From: Catajapyx aquilonaris
Lineage: Eukaryota
Assembly (NCBI GenBank): GCA_000934665.2
Contig: KZ538964.1
Location: forward strand, 1 to 38,483
Direction of reading: 5' to 3'
DNA: 38,483 nucleotides
The position numbers and the translations under genes were made by a program. Shown here one piece after another: positions 1 to 13,304 of the stretch; positions within the stretch are counted from its first letter, which is position 1; every line of letters begins with the position of its first letter. The notes beneath the pieces are model-generated. The model searched no databases, was not told where the DNA came from, and saw only the letters and a program-made list of their open reading frames with translations.

Positions 1-644
1 TAGCTCAAACCCGTGGTTACGCCGCTGGACAACACTTACACTTCCCTTGTGAGACCCCTCAACTACGATATACCGATATATGATACCGATATAATACGAT
101 ATACCTTGTCCATCATAACTGAGCTCACATCGGATCAAACTCATCATCGCATCAAACGCATCATCGCATCAAACGTTGAGTTTGGCCTACCTGATTTGCA
201 AGAGAGGGAGGTGTGCGTATGTGTGGGGAGGGGAGGGGGAATAGAGGCCTAATAATAAGTCGGCTACGTCTACGTGCTATTGGTAATGTGATCACATCTA
301 CCAGGACTTTCCATGTTTAATGCCTAATTCCCAATAACAGAATCCTATCTCACAGACCACATCATGGAAACAGTCATTCCAATCAAACTACTGATTGTGC
401 ACAACGAAAGAATTATTTTATTTCATATATGATATATGTAAATAGACCAACTTGATGGACGCTGTTCATCCTGGCAGTTAGCTAACCAATGCACCTCTCC
501 TGCTCCACATCATGATGCCTTGCAAGGGATAAAATTAATGCAGTGTACGGGATTTTCAACTGATTTTTTTTTACAATATTAACCTACGTTATTTCATTTT
601 TTCATTAATATGCTTTTAATTAAGCAGTTTCTCTAAAATAATAG

Positions 645-720
645 CAGGGACTGCGAATATGTTACTTTTGCCACTGTATTATAATACAAGTACAGTAGTA
701 AAAGTAACTCGCAGTCCCGG
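645..720. mobile_element. Short palindromic MITE-like element (hAT-like CAGGG end)
   Basis: CAGGGACTGCGA..GTTACTTTT pairs with AAAAGTAAC-TCGCAGTCCCGG; no clear TSD. Confidence 0.45.
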
Positions 721-794
721 ACATGGCAGATATCTGATTGCCTAAATCGGAAGGGACTAGCCTCTTTACTTATAGTCTACCTAAATATGACTAA

Positions 795-919
795 GGGCCG
801 GTTTCACCGAGCTTGGTATATGATAAAACCAGGTTTTTTTAGAAAAATCTATACAAATAGATAGGGATTTTGAGAAATACCCTGGTTTTATCATATACTG
901 AGCTCGGTGAAACCGGCCC
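795..919 (+). mobile_element. PIF/Harbinger (Tourist-like) MITE, 125 bp, copy 1
   Basis: TIR GGGCCGGTTTCACCGAGCT..GTATATGATAAAACCAGG, TAA on both sides; near-identical inverted copy at 38117-38241. Confidence 0.85.
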
Positions 920-1704
920 TAAAAACTCCATTGTCCAAAACAGTTACTAGATTTCCTTCTGACTTTCCAGAAAGATATTATTTCTAGTCATTTTTAAATT
1001 TCAAAACCTCTCCTCTCCCTACCTTCCGATACACTTACAGTTAGCAACTTATTAGTTTCATTATGAATAGGCCCAGAGATATTTTTAAAACGTTCATGAG
1101 TGGTAGGGGGCTCTGGTCTTCCCAAAGGGAGAAGATAGGGTGTCAGCATTTCACATGCCAAAAGCTGTAAATTTCAAATAACACGATATGCTCGTGTGCA
1201 TGTATATTGACGGCCAAAATATTATTATTGCTGACACTGCCAATATTTTTTCCACTATACCTGTGGCACATTTCTCCCTTGCCGCATATGGAGCATGACG
1301 AGGGATTCACAGGATATGCGAACGAGGGAATAACGGCAAAATATTTGAAGGATCCAATATTGGATCAAGTAAGTAAAACCACACAATATCCGCAGAATTC
1401 AAAGCATACTCCGTACCGATATTAGTCATTCATTAGTCAGCTGAAATGCGACCCCTCATTATTATCTGATGATCAGGAGGAAATCATTCTGAGTTTGTCT
1501 TGAAACGTCAAGTGCGTCACACGAAGCTATATATGCTGGAGATAAAATATATGTTTGACAAAACGCAAATATATTGGCGCCCCTATACGCTAAATGGTGT
1601 TCTTTCTCAAACCAAGGCACAAAAATACGTAATTTCACAATATGCCCTTTAATATTGTAAATTGCTTAGTATCTATACAGTATATTATTCGGTATGTCAA
1701 TTAA

Positions 1705-1986
1705 CCATGGAACCGTGCCGTGGGATCTTTTTGGGCCCCAAGGAAAAAAATGCATTAAAATGATAATTACAATGAACTTTTGCCATTTTTTTACAGTATA
1801 TAACAGGAAGTGTATGTTTATTTTGAATTAGCGATCCTTTTAGGGATTGTTCAAAGAATGATTGTGTATAGTCAATACATTGACAAGTATTTTATAATAA
1901 TTAATAAAAATTAAAATATGGTGGGGTCCGAAAAGATCCCACGGCACGGTTGCCGTAATACCCGTAAGCACGGCACGGTTCCAGGG
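1705..1986. mobile_element. piggyBac-like non-autonomous element
   Basis: TTAA|CCATGGAACCGTGCCGTG ... CACGGCACGGTTCCAGGG|TTAA, with subterminal repeats of the TIR motif. Confidence 0.75.
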
Positions 1987-2101
1987 TTAATGGTTATATT
2001 ATTTTTGAGAACATCCATCAATATCTGCATGGGTAGTACACGGTGTAGGATTTTTTAACTTCATATTTCAATCGCAGTTGATACTCGTAATCATACTGAA
2101 T

Positions 2102-2155
2102 GTCTATATTCTTTGAATTTTCATCTTATAAGATGAAAATTCAAAGAATATAGAC
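2102..2155. repeat. Perfect 54-bp palindrome with no spacer
   Basis: GTCTATATTCTTTGAATTTTCATCTTA followed directly by its exact reverse complement. Confidence 0.95.
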
Positions 2156-2420
2156 TACAGTGGCAAGTATAGCAACAGCAAGGGTGGTCGAATTCGTCGG
2201 AATGATGCACTTGGGAAAGCAAAAAGCCTGAATAATTTTACACAGCCTGAGTTATAGGAATAGGGGAGGTAAATAAACTGTCAAGATGAACCCCCTATAA
2301 AGAAATGAATTTTTTGTGATAAAGTAGGCTAGTAGCTACATAAGAGACATTAGTCACTGGTAGTAAATTTGATTAATCTATGTTAACCTTCTTGCAAAAA
2401 CATATGATAGAAATCTATAA

Positions 2421-3008
2421 CCGTGTAATTTTGACCACAGGAGTGTAATTTGGACTGCAATGTAAATTAGCTTTTATGGACGCCAATGTCAATTTCAAGT
2501 CATCTTCTTTCCATTTCCCATATGTTCCTTTCGATTTTCGATCTTCTCTGGTTGCCATCTGGAAAAGTGTAGCAATTTATTAAGCATCGTGTAATTTGGA
2601 CACCGGACCAGATGACACTCTCCCCCGTCCAAATTACACAAGAGTATATTAAGTATATAAAAATGACTTCTTATAGAGGTAATGTTAAAGTGTCTGAAAA
2701 TATCTACAGCGAGTTATTAAATATCTTACGTTCAAATTTGTTGAAAAACCATTAATTTTCTTTTTGATGTGATTTGTAAACGTCAACAATATACTCCTCT
2801 GCAGCTGAACACAAAATTATGAGACACACGCCACGAGCACTCAACGCCCTTCCAGTTGTTCCTTCATGAATAATGAAACTGGCGGTAACAAGTATGGTCA
2901 TCATCACCCCCATCTGATTGAGAAGTGGTGCAACCTTTCACCCTAGCTACGAAATAAGTATACCAGTCCAAATTACACGCTTGACCTAAATTACACGGAT
3001 TTCCCATA
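2421..3008 (-). mobile_element. Internally deleted pogo/Tigger-like transposon
   Basis: Degenerate TIRs built of CCGTGTAATTT/GTGTAATTTGGAC motifs; minus-strand ttttccag|ATG at 2558 reads MATREDRKSKGTYGKWKEDDLKLTLASIK, resembling the N-terminal Psq-HTH of pogo transposases, then runs into the other TIR. Confidence 0.6.
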
Positions 3009-3544
3009 TTATCCCCAAAGGTCATTATGTCAAACCAAAGACGAAAGTTCTGCATTTTTGTAAGCAAACAAGAAGAGGAAGAAGACCGAAAGGGGAACAA
3101 ACTGATACTGAAATAAGATATTAGTCTGTTAATTTATATGGCTATTGCTGTCAACATCTATTTAAAACACCGTAATAGTTGTAAGTATTGCATTGTATTG
3201 TATTGTATTGTATTTATTTCCCTATGGGCCCGTGGCCCTTTTAAGGGGACTCACACTCTTTAAAATTATTACAAAAAAAAGAATTATTATAAGTTTAATT
3301 AACAAAAAACCACAGTAGCCTACTATGTGCTTGAGATAATAAATTACTCATTCTCTTACGGGCTGAAAAAAGGGGCAAATGTATAATAAGTGATATAAAG
3401 TAAATGAGTCCCGGAGGTTAAGTGAACAGTATTCCTCTGTGGACCAAGAGTGATCTTATACCCCTGGAACCATATGCCGAAATGATATCAAATTATCAAT
3501 AGCCTGATCCCCATTTGTTTGAATACTTTATAGTCCAGTGCAAT

Positions 3545-3634
3545 GTTGTAATGTAGAAACTAGTAATGTGTGTCCCCCGAAACAGGGCCACAGCCCTGAG
3601 CAAGGGGCAAGAAAAAATAAAAATAAATAAATAA
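3545..3634 (+). mobile_element. 5'-truncated retroposon (3' tail only)
   Basis: 15-bp TSD ATAGTCCAGTGCAAT (3530-3544 and 3635-3649) around CCCCC..CAGGGC-CACA-GCCCTG..GGGG and an A-rich (TAAA)n tail. Confidence 0.75.
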
Positions 3635-4199
3635 ATAGTCCAGTGCAATTAGCCGATATTTTGGACTAACCTGGAACAAATTAATAACAAAGCGCCCTTT
3701 TGGGGATATGTTCAGTACATGTCCTGGAAGCTGTACACAAAGTTTCCCAAGTTTCCGGTGACGGGTTTGGCAACCATCTTGGAAAATGTAGCCGCCATTT
3801 TGGGTCCCCTTTCCACCAGTGTAGCGGGCAAACCAGTGAAGCTAAATCGATGATTTCTTTTGTATTCAAGGTTCTTCATGAAGCACACCCTCGACGTGAT
3901 GTCTACATACTTTCTCATATCTGCCGTTTATATTGTGTAAATTGTCAAATGAAGAGTTATGAGGTGGTTTACGAGGAAAATATTCAAATTATAAAAATGA
4001 GAGCAAGGCCCATATTAAATATAAATGGTCTATTTGAATACCCACCTGTGCAATCCAATTTACGCTTCCATATTTTGAAAAGGTCGTCTTGACATATTCA
4101 TATGCTTTTTAAACTAGCCTAGAGATCTCCATTTTGCCTGCATGTGCCTAAGCCCTACAGTACAATATGTCACCACACCCATCGAGCTCAATTTGTTCC

Positions 4200-4311
4200 G
4201 GCCACATTCATCCTGGTCTTGAAGCAACCCTTCGCACAACCTCAAGGTCCTCATCGATCCTCGCCTTGGGGGCTGTGCGAAGGGTTGCTTCTAGACCAGG
4301 ATGAAGTGGCC
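4200..4311. repeat. Imperfect ~112-bp hairpin (probable small MITE)
   Basis: GGCCAC(A)TTCATCCTGGTCT.GAAGCAACCCTTCGCACA.C..CAAGG pairs with its reverse complement across a ~16-nt loop. Confidence 0.7.
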
Positions 4312-4344
4312 AAAAGTATTTGAAACCGATAGTACGTCTATATA

Positions 4345-4781
4345 CAGGGTGTATCAGAACTCTACCGTAAGCCATGTGCCAATGGCATAAGGGGCACCAG
4401 AGCATCATTATATGTAGAGGGGTCATCATGTCTAGGCAGCCACATCACGTAGATAATTGATCATTTGAGAAGTAGCGATTGCGCTTAAGCGTGATTGTAG
4501 AATAGCAGTGCATCTGGGGGGAACTGCATTCTAAGAGCCCTCAGTGACTACCCCAATAGCAGTGTGGCAGTAGCCCCCCAGAAAATAGCTGCGACCTTCA
4601 CCTGTGACGCGATTGCGGCTGAAGGTTTGCATACCTGCCAGGATATTTTATACCTATTGGTTGAGGTCAATTATCTCGGCCATGCGGCGGCCCAGGCCTA
4701 TGATTCCGATACTGTAAATGATCATCTGCTGACCATTACGCCATTGGCATATGGCTTACGGTAGAGTTCTGATACACCCTG
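4345..4781. mobile_element. Tc1/mariner-type MITE
   Basis: TA|CAGGGTGTATCAGAACTCTACCGTAAGCCAT.TGCCAATGGC ~45-bp TIRs, TA on both sides. Confidence 0.85.
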
Positions 4782-5318
4782 TATAGGGGTAGCCTATGTG
4801 TCTTGTTGTCTATACATCGTTACCTGTTGATTCCTCGACATTATTTTCTATTCCTTACAATTTTGACTTGTTTTGGACCATTGATTGTGCTAGCAGTTGG
4901 ACCTTACACTATAGCAAGAATCATCATGTATATAGGCTAAAATCATCGGTTATCCAGTGGGTACAAGTGCAAAAAAATCTCATTTATCTAACATCATGGT
5001 ATCTCCGATACCATTTATTATCGGAATTTGTGACAGGAGGGTCAGGCAGTTTATGGTACAGATGATAGGTGTACAGCCATAATTATTACAATCTCTTACT
5101 TGCAAACTCTTCATACAAAATATGTTGTATATTTTCATGTTATTGTCCTACCTACAAAGATCTCATTTTGCAACTCACATTTTTGAGTGTGAATGCCTAA
5201 TATACTGAATTAGTGTATTGGCCATATTTTTAAAACTATGTAGCCTAGCCGATTATGTTTAAGTTCGTCGGCCTGTCACCTTTTAACTGAGTTTTATTTT
5301 TATTTTATCAATGCTTGA

Positions 5319-5429
5319 GGGTGGATTCATCAAATGTCGTAAGTAAAATTTTCGTCGTAACCGGTCGTAACCATAGTTACAATAATTAACTAACTATGGT
5401 TACGACGGAAATTTGATGAATCCACCCCC
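5319..5429. mobile_element. PIF/Harbinger-like MITE
   Basis: GGGTGGATTCATCAAAT / ATTTGATGAATCCACCC TIRs, TGA on both sides, internal palindrome GTCGTAACCATAGTTA/TAACTATGGTTACGAC. Confidence 0.7.
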
Positions 5430-5727
5430 TGACGGAGAGGAAAGTGAAGTAAAACGTAGCATGATTTCCCATTAGGAACCAACGGGAATCATCAACATTC
5501 TGAGCTCATCTGCCTGGCTATTTTATTTCAACATATAATATGGTTATACAGACAAACCTGTATTACTCACTTATATCACATTGGTAATCGCAAAATCACA
5601 TCCAGTAGAAAGCGCTCAGTAAAATACAACTTCCGTTTGGAAGCACCCTAAGAAGGGAATAAAATACAGTACTTTACTGAGTGCACAACCAGTGCAACCT
5701 TGAGCTCTCAATTATTGAGATATCCAG

Positions 5728-6444
5728 CAGTGGCGTAGGCAGGGTGGGGGGGGGGGCAGCCCCCCCNCAGAAATGTTTGAAATAGGATTAGAAATTACAA
5801 ATTCATGATTTTTTTTTTGGAAATAGTAGGCGTATTCGGCAATTCAGATTTTTCTGAGATGCGTCACGTGATATCTGAGTTGTTAGCCCCGCCCCTCAGA
5901 AGATTATTGCCGAACGGTCGAACTGAGAGACCCCCCTACCCGCCATTTGTGCTGCATCCCAGTGATGCCAATGTTCGGGTATTTCGGTGCCGTACTTCGG
6001 ACCCTTGCGGGTAATGGTGCGGGTAAAATGAAAATGCGGGTAAAATCGGGTGTTTTCAGGTCCTCTCGCGGGGTTTTCGGGCATTTTACATTGGCAACAC
6101 TGCTCCATCAATAACATGAATTTGTTGTCCGCCATGTTTCTCAGCAAGTAAGTCAGGTCAGGAGTACACTAAGTTCCTGAGCTTGGGAAGTCAGGTAGGG
6201 CGCATGCGCACTTACTTCAGGGGGCGTGGCACCTGATTTGCCGAACATCCAAACAGCCCAGGAAGTCAGATTCCTGAATTGCCGAATACGCCTAGTGCCA
6301 CCAATTTCATCAAGTATACACACCCATTCAAATCTCCCACATTAACCTAAGCTCGTGTGACCTTGAGCCCAAAAATTCTTTTGCGGTTTGTTCAAGTGCT
6401 TATGAATGGGCCCCCCTCCGAAATTTTTCCTTCCTACGCGCCTG
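5728..6444. mobile_element. hAT-like MITE hosting a nested MITE
   Basis: CAGTGGCGTAGG..G-run at left, CCTACGCGCCTG at right; flanks TATCCAG / TATCAAG resemble a TSD. Confidence 0.6.
5828..6293. mobile_element. Nested MITE (Harbinger-like)
   Basis: TIR AGGCGTATTCGGCAATTCAG / CTGAATTGCCGAATACGCCT, AGT on both sides. Confidence 0.75.
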
Positions 6445-7706
6445 TATCAAGTACCGTATGTAAAAGTACTGTACAAGTTTCTGGAGTCGAACAATCTATG
6501 GCGGTTAATACGATTTGATCCAATTTGATCAAAATTGCATTTTCCTCCTAGATAAAATTGCCAACCTCGCCTCCACATATAACACTGTGCATTAAGACAC
6601 CACTTGGACCGTCGAATAAAATTAAACGAAATAATAACGGTGTGAAGGATAATTATGTCTGATCGCAAATGAAGTTAGTAACTTACTAACTTCATCATTG
6701 AAGCATCATTCCACCTGAATCTGCTATTCTGGCCTTCGCTATAAATTCCTCCTCCAAGTTATGACAACCAATTTCCTCTTCACAAGAATGTGAGTTGACA
6801 CACCTCCAACACATTAGATCCACATTACACCACCTCCAGAGAACCGCCTGTACTCCACCCTCCCCATCTGCAAAGCCCCAAACCCAAAAGCAACCCAATC
6901 CTTCCTTGTCTTCCCCCCAATCGGCACGCCCATTCTCTCTCGCTCTTGTTATCCACTAATGTATGATTTTAATTACTCGGCCATCAAATCCGGAGCACAA
7001 AAGCTGCCACAAAGGAACCCATCCCAAGTCCCCCATTTCAACCCCCCCCCCCNCCCCACTCCTCCTCATCTTTGCCATCAAATCACTGGGAGGCTGTGAA
7101 CGCATCATCAAGAGCCGAACAAAATGAAAAGCAAGCCCAGTTTCCTCTGCCTGCCTGCTATGCCGTATCCATGATTACTACTTCGTCTATTCACAAAGCA
7201 AGAATATTATTCCTGATTGCAATGGGTTTCCCCTGCTTCCTTGCCAATGGAAAAAGGGCGTTTGTCCTCCTTTCCCAGATTCCCTTTCTCTACTGGTTTG
7301 CCGCCATTTGCACATCGCCTTGCATTTATTCACATAGGCCTCGGTGCTGACGCCATTTTCTTAGTGCAAGTGTTTAATTAGCTATCGGCTACCTTAGATG
7401 GCACAAATCTCTCAGTCGGTGCATGTTTGGGAGATAATTCATTGTTCACAATACTGTTTTATCTGACCTTCACTGGGCATCTGATAGCTCGATACAGATT
7501 GGTCTAATAACAGGACTGATAGGTGACAATATGTAATGATCAGCACGTAGCGATAATCGAACACTCCAGATACGAATAGTGTTGACAAAAATCCAAGAGT
7601 GGTGTCGAGCTGATTATTTTCTGTGTAAGGTAGTGAACATGTTATGTCTGTCATTGAATTTAATATTATACAATGCCGTGAGATCGAAAATATTATTCGT
7701 CTTTAA

Positions 7707-8120
7707 AGGGACACTCCACTCAAAAACCAAGTTTGTCTCTAAAATTCGGGCAAAAAATCCTGAATCCGAAGGTGCAATCCATTTTTTGCTACGCGGAACG
7801 GTAATCCCAGGGCGAGGGGTCAAAGAGGGGAAATTCAAATAGTGCTCTAGAAGCTGGTCGTCCGCCAGCGACGCCCTCGGGACCTTGGGAACTGGAGGGC
7901 TGCTCCCGCCTGCCCGAGCGCTTAGGCCCACCCCAGAGCGGTGCAGCCCTCCAGTTCCCCTGTTCCCCGCGTGGCGGCCCCGCTCTTTAAAAGACGACAC
8001 ACTTTGACACCTCGTCCTGGGATTACCGTTCCGCGTAGCAAAAAACGGATTGCATCTTCGGACTCAGGATCTTTTGCCCGATTTTTAGAGACAAACTTGT
8101 TTTTTGAGCGGAGTGCCCCT
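7707..8120. mobile_element. Kolobok-like non-autonomous transposon
   Basis: TTAA TSD, AGGG..CCCT termini, ~119-bp TIRs; explains the mirror-image ORFs 7579-8225. Confidence 0.75.
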
Positions 8121-11100
8121 TTAATGAGTTTTTCGCAATTGTACATTAGTCATTATGTCGGTGAAATTACTAATAAATGCCTGACACAGTCACACAGAGA
8201 GGGATTCTATTGGTGGTTCGTATAGAAGTAGGTGTTCTCCAGGCCGAGAAGTTCTGACCCGAAAGAGCCGCGCAGTACCGGTGCGGTGTGATCATGACCA
8301 AGCAACAAGTGACAGGCTACACGGGACCTCCTTTACCACCTTCCACCTCCTGCTAATGAGTCCCTTCCTGTCCACCTCGTGTTTCCCCTTCTCATCTACA
8401 TAGGACCATGTCCCGCGTCCCTCTTCCAACCCTATATCTACCCCAACTTGACCCCTGGAGTGAGGGACATCATAAATACGAGGTGGACTTGGGACACACT
8501 CGCCCCCAGCACTTCCTTCGATACGTCTGATGCATCTACCTCTTCCTCGCCTATCTCGATCGTGAATTATGGCTGGGAATGAATCCCTCTGATAGAAAAA
8601 AGGAGGTACTCGTATATGATCTTGGGTATGATTTTTGGTACGACTTATACAAATTTACTAATGCAACACACAACTTACTTTTGATTCTCGCCTCACAAAA
8701 AGCTTCTCTGCAATCTACACAACCTTGCCAGCAAGGATGATGAATTCTTTGAAATTTCTTGAAAATCTGGAAAAGATATGGTCATAAATGTTATGCATAG
8801 TAAAGCAAGAAGAAAATGTCTCAAAGCTCACAAATTCTGAAAAAGCTGTTACTCTGCATTCCCGGGGAAAAAAATCACAATAATTTGTATTTGTGACTGC
8901 TAAATGTCACATTTGAACAGTAATGTTCATCTCGGTTTGTGGAGAGCAGCAGCAAACATGAACCTACCTCTGAAGCTCGAAATAAGCCTGGATAGTCCTT
9001 CGGAAGAACTACCGGTGATGCGCCCTCCGGAGTGATGCAAATGGTATTCAAATGTGATAATCACACATTCGGATATTGTCAAGTTCTTAATGCAAAATGA
9101 ACTTGTAAATGATGCACATTTATGGAAGTAAAAAATATTTGCATTGCAGTCTCACAGTCAGATCAGTATTCAGTCTAGACGTGTTTGAACTTCATAATCA
9201 GAAAGTCTGACAACAATTCGCACAAGATCCATTTACGACACAACCATACGTTATAAAATGTTAGGCTACTGCTAACTTAGCAGTACCAGTATTGGGGATG
9301 GTTACTGCTAAGTTAGCAATAACTAGCAGTGGGACAAAAATTCCACCAATTGGGTTTTTTTTTAAGCTTTGATACCGTAATATTTCACAACTGCAGCAGT
9401 TGACATTTTACAGGGTGAGAATTACAATGTTGTAACTTCAATGAAAATCCTATGTAGTTACATATTCTCGCCCCGCGATATCTAAACCATTCAGGATTAA
9501 TTTTCTCCCTCCATAATATTATCGTACGCTAATGTGTGATATCTCCGCCTTCATCTCGCACTGTACAAAGGTGGCTCGACTCTGGCTTCGCCTCATGTGG
9601 AATTTCTAGAGACCAACCATCAGGGGGAACTCGCAAAATGCCCATTAGCGACTTTGCACTTGCACCCCATCTTCCACTCACCCCAAACCACGGACCCTGG
9701 CGCTTCATACAATAGCCCTATGTGTATATGGACAATAAAGGTCCGTACGATATACAGTACATACATTATAATAAAATCCAAGCACTGCTGGGTTATAATT
9801 ACTGAATTGTTATTAGTAAGCGTGTATTATTACGTATTATTATTTGTAATAGGACATTATTCATTGCTTCTGGAATCAAGCTTGACTGTTTCAAGTGACA
9901 TGTATTACACTAACCAACTGTAAAGTTTATAGTAACAAAAAAAATGAAATGATCTGATGAGTGCAGCAAATGATTCTGAAGGCAGCAGAACCACTTGATG
10001 CCTGAGGCCATGAAGCAGACGAAAGTCCAAAGAGGAATAGCAAAAGCAGGCAGAATTCGAGTATGGGTGAATTCGTATGTCTCCCATAGGAATCTAATTA
10101 AACCACACCCCTACTTTCTAAAGGTTTTGATCGATGGTGGAGCGACTGGAGCCCAATCGTAGAGAAGAACCCAACTGCGCAAAATCAGGACCGCCATCTT
10201 GGGAGACACCGCCTACCACCACGTTTGCACTATTCAAATTCTGTCCGATCGCGTCAAGCACTATTGATTCTTACCTCTTGCAATCAATCCGTTGTTGAAT
10301 ACTCGAGGAAATAGGCTAAGTCAATAACTATCATCCAATAGGAATAACAGCAAACCTGTCAGCAACTCCTGGAACATTATGGACCCGTTTTAGCAAATCT
10401 TTCAGTTTCTCACTCTATATAGGCATGATGGTCCCAACACCGTTCAGGAGTAGTCTACGTGTAAATATAGAGTCATATTTTGAAAGCCGCTAACCAATCT
10501 GTCTCGAAAGAACAAGAAGTATTTTATACCCAGGATCAGAAAAAAAGCGAGGTTAACCATGGGCTGTAAACGTCCTTTGTGAGGAAGATATTAGACTAAT
10601 TCTATCTCATAGGTGCGTTTTCTTACTCTTTATTCATAAAGGGCAAGAAAATATGATGACGAATCTTTAATTGCCAGTGAGTTTTTTCTTCTTCTTATCA
10701 TGGCTGTATCGCCTATTCGCTTCTATGAGGCTAATGAGGGGAGGGATGACTTTTTTTAAAGGCCTTTACTTGAAATTTTACGATTATGTTACTTTAGGTA
10801 TCAATAATACTAACGGCGTATATGGAATCAGTGATTTTTTTCAGGTTTTTGGTTCCAAGCCTGCTGAATGACCGAACACCGGATATATTGCACCTAACAG
10901 CACCCGTCAGTTCCCTAATTTTGTTTCCGTAATCTTTCTAAGAGCCTCTCACACTGCTCTCACACCTCTCCTCGCAGATTGTCCTGATGTTAGTGTTCAG
11001 CTAAAAGATGTATTCAAAAACTGGCAATTAAAATCCTTCTCGTCACGCTTTTCGGCAGCGAGTCGCATACCTTTCGCTAGCTATAGCGTTCGTAGCTGAT

Positions 11101-11664
11101 AGCACGAACCAATGGGGTGCATCTCGCTGCCAAAAAGCGTACCGGTAGCGATAAGGCGTTTCTGGCGAGCGGGTGAACAAATCGTAGCGAAGTAAGCCCA
11201 AACAGTTCTGGTTCTACACGAATATTAGGTTGTATCGCGCGATTAGAAATTATGTCATTTCGTTTAGTGCAATTATTGCGATGACTTAGGCAGCACAGAG
11301 GAAGAGAAAACCTGATTGAGTTCCTCCATCTATGGTTCACCTGATTGATGATGCCCACGACTTCACCAATGTACAGTACATTCCCCCCNCCCCCACGATT
11401 CCACCGATGACCCAGCGGCTGCATGCCAGTTCCCTGCGTAGATTTCCTTAACCCCTTCGATATACCAGCTATAGGTCAAAAACGCCTAGATTTAAGCTTA
11501 TGCCTATTCTGAAGATAAAGACAATATATTTTAATAATAACAGCTGTGGTATATTTAACCATTCATAAAAAACATTATTAATGTGTTGCGAACAATTTTA
11601 CTCCTCTAGAGGTCTCTAAATTAATTTCCGAAAAGAATCGCCTTAAAAACTCGAAATTCGAGTA

Positions 11665-12001
11665 CTCCCCGGCCAACTGTTAGGCTGATTTAATTATGAA
11701 ATGCGCTAAAATATACGGAACAACAACTTTGAGAACGTGCCAGACGAATTTGCTGAAATCGTCGTACTTTGCGAGAAATAAATTAATAGCCTATACTTAT
11801 TTGTGGCTTTTTGACATTTCGGTAAACTTCCAAATTGATTTACTTCTCGAAAAGTGTCAAAAAGCCGTAAATAAATTTATTAATTTACTTCTCACAAAGT
11901 ATGACGATTTCAGCAAATTCGTCTGGCACGGTTCTCAAGGTTATATATTTTAGCGTATTCCATAATAATATGATTAAATCAGCCTAACAGTTGGCCGGCA
12001 G
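11665..12001. mobile_element. Fully palindromic Tc1/mariner-type MITE
   Basis: TA|CT.CCGGCCAACTGTTAGGCTGATTTAAT termini; arms pair over nearly the whole 337 bp. Confidence 0.8.
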
Positions 12002-12003
12002 TA

Positions 12004-12737
12004 GGGGAGACCGGGGCACTATGGCTACAGGAGTACGATGGTACAGTCAAATTTGTGAAGAGGCTATTATAGGTTTACGGATCTGATGCTTATGTGGTAG
12101 GTGCAGATAGACATGATCCACATTCCACCCTATTTTCAATTGAATCGCAAAAGACTGTCGGCGGCAGTAGATTCTTTCGGATTTTGACAATTTGCGAGAC
12201 TTTCCTTTTTTTTATTACAATATAGTTTTTCTGTATTCTTCCAACAGAAGTGCTAGATCACCCAGCCCAATAATGCGTTTGCAAGGCAGAATATCTGCCT
12301 ACAAAATGACAGCATAAATGGCCATTTAATATTTGTCACTCAAGAGTAGGAGGACTCGAAAGGTAAATAAAAATGCCTACTGGGCATGATTGCACATTTT
12401 GCTTGTGGGCCGTTGTAACATAATTATGTCCCTATACCAACCTTGACGGACCATGGCGAACATGGAAGACCATGACAGCCTCTACTGCCTTTCCCCTGTC
12501 ACTTATTAGGCCGGGCCCATGCACTTTTCCCAGTTACCGGCTACTATACTTGCTCCATATTAGTTGGAGGACACGCTGTGTTATCCTGCAGGCAAAAAGT
12601 TCTGAATATCTTAGTAACATCTTTGTAATCTCTTGTAACTATATATAGATATGAATCGATGATGTGTGTAAGTGATTTTCATATTATTTCATAAGCCGTA
12701 CCTTAGCCTTATATTACTGTGCCATCGTGCCCCGGTC
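12004..12737. mobile_element. pogo-like non-autonomous element, right end eroded
   Basis: TA|GGGGAGACCGGGGCACTATGGCTACAG at left; CTGTGCCATCGTGCCCCGGTC at 12717-12737 is the matching inverted repeat. Confidence 0.5.
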
Positions 12738-12857
12738 ACTGCAACACCAGTACATGAAATAGCCTCTCACCATTCGGCGAAAAAATATGCATCCAGCATC
12801 CAGCTGGAACACCCAGGCACTAACACTATACCGTGCACTATACTAATGTCCAGGACT

Positions 12858-12860
<3 letters not shown>

Positions 12861-12912
<52 letters not shown>
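12861..12912. repeat. (CT)26 microsatellite
   Basis: Seen directly. Confidence 0.95.
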
Positions 12913-12915
<3 letters not shown>

Positions 12916-13304
12916 CACCACATACACACAGCCCAGGGATTGTTTAAAAACACGTCTGACCTTCTGCCCGTTCTGCTTCTCCCCTTTCAATACATTGCAA
13001 TGATAGGCCCGGGATAGAGCCATACCACATATTCTTATTTGACTAGTAAGTCCAAACCAGCCGTGATCCAAACTACGTCATCTGACCCGGATGCTCATTG
13101 CCTCCGTGTCCTCACCTGCAAGTGTGGCAATGAGTTACACACATCGTCGGAAGGCCTATAAAATGGGGTTTCAAACCGTATTATCTGAGCTCATAGCATC
13201 ATAGGACGAGTATCCGTAATCGAGCCTGTCCTCTCCCACAAAAACTCGCTATCAGTTGAGCGACCCTAATATTTTTTTTAAAAAAGCAAAAACTGCAATT
13301 CCAA

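Noticed and set aside
3700..4092. 130-aa ORF
   Set aside because: No recognisable motif or splice context; may be decayed retroelement sequence but I cannot support a call
11447..11664. piggyBac-like element starting TTAA|CCCCTTCG
   Set aside because: No matching opposite TIR found in the window
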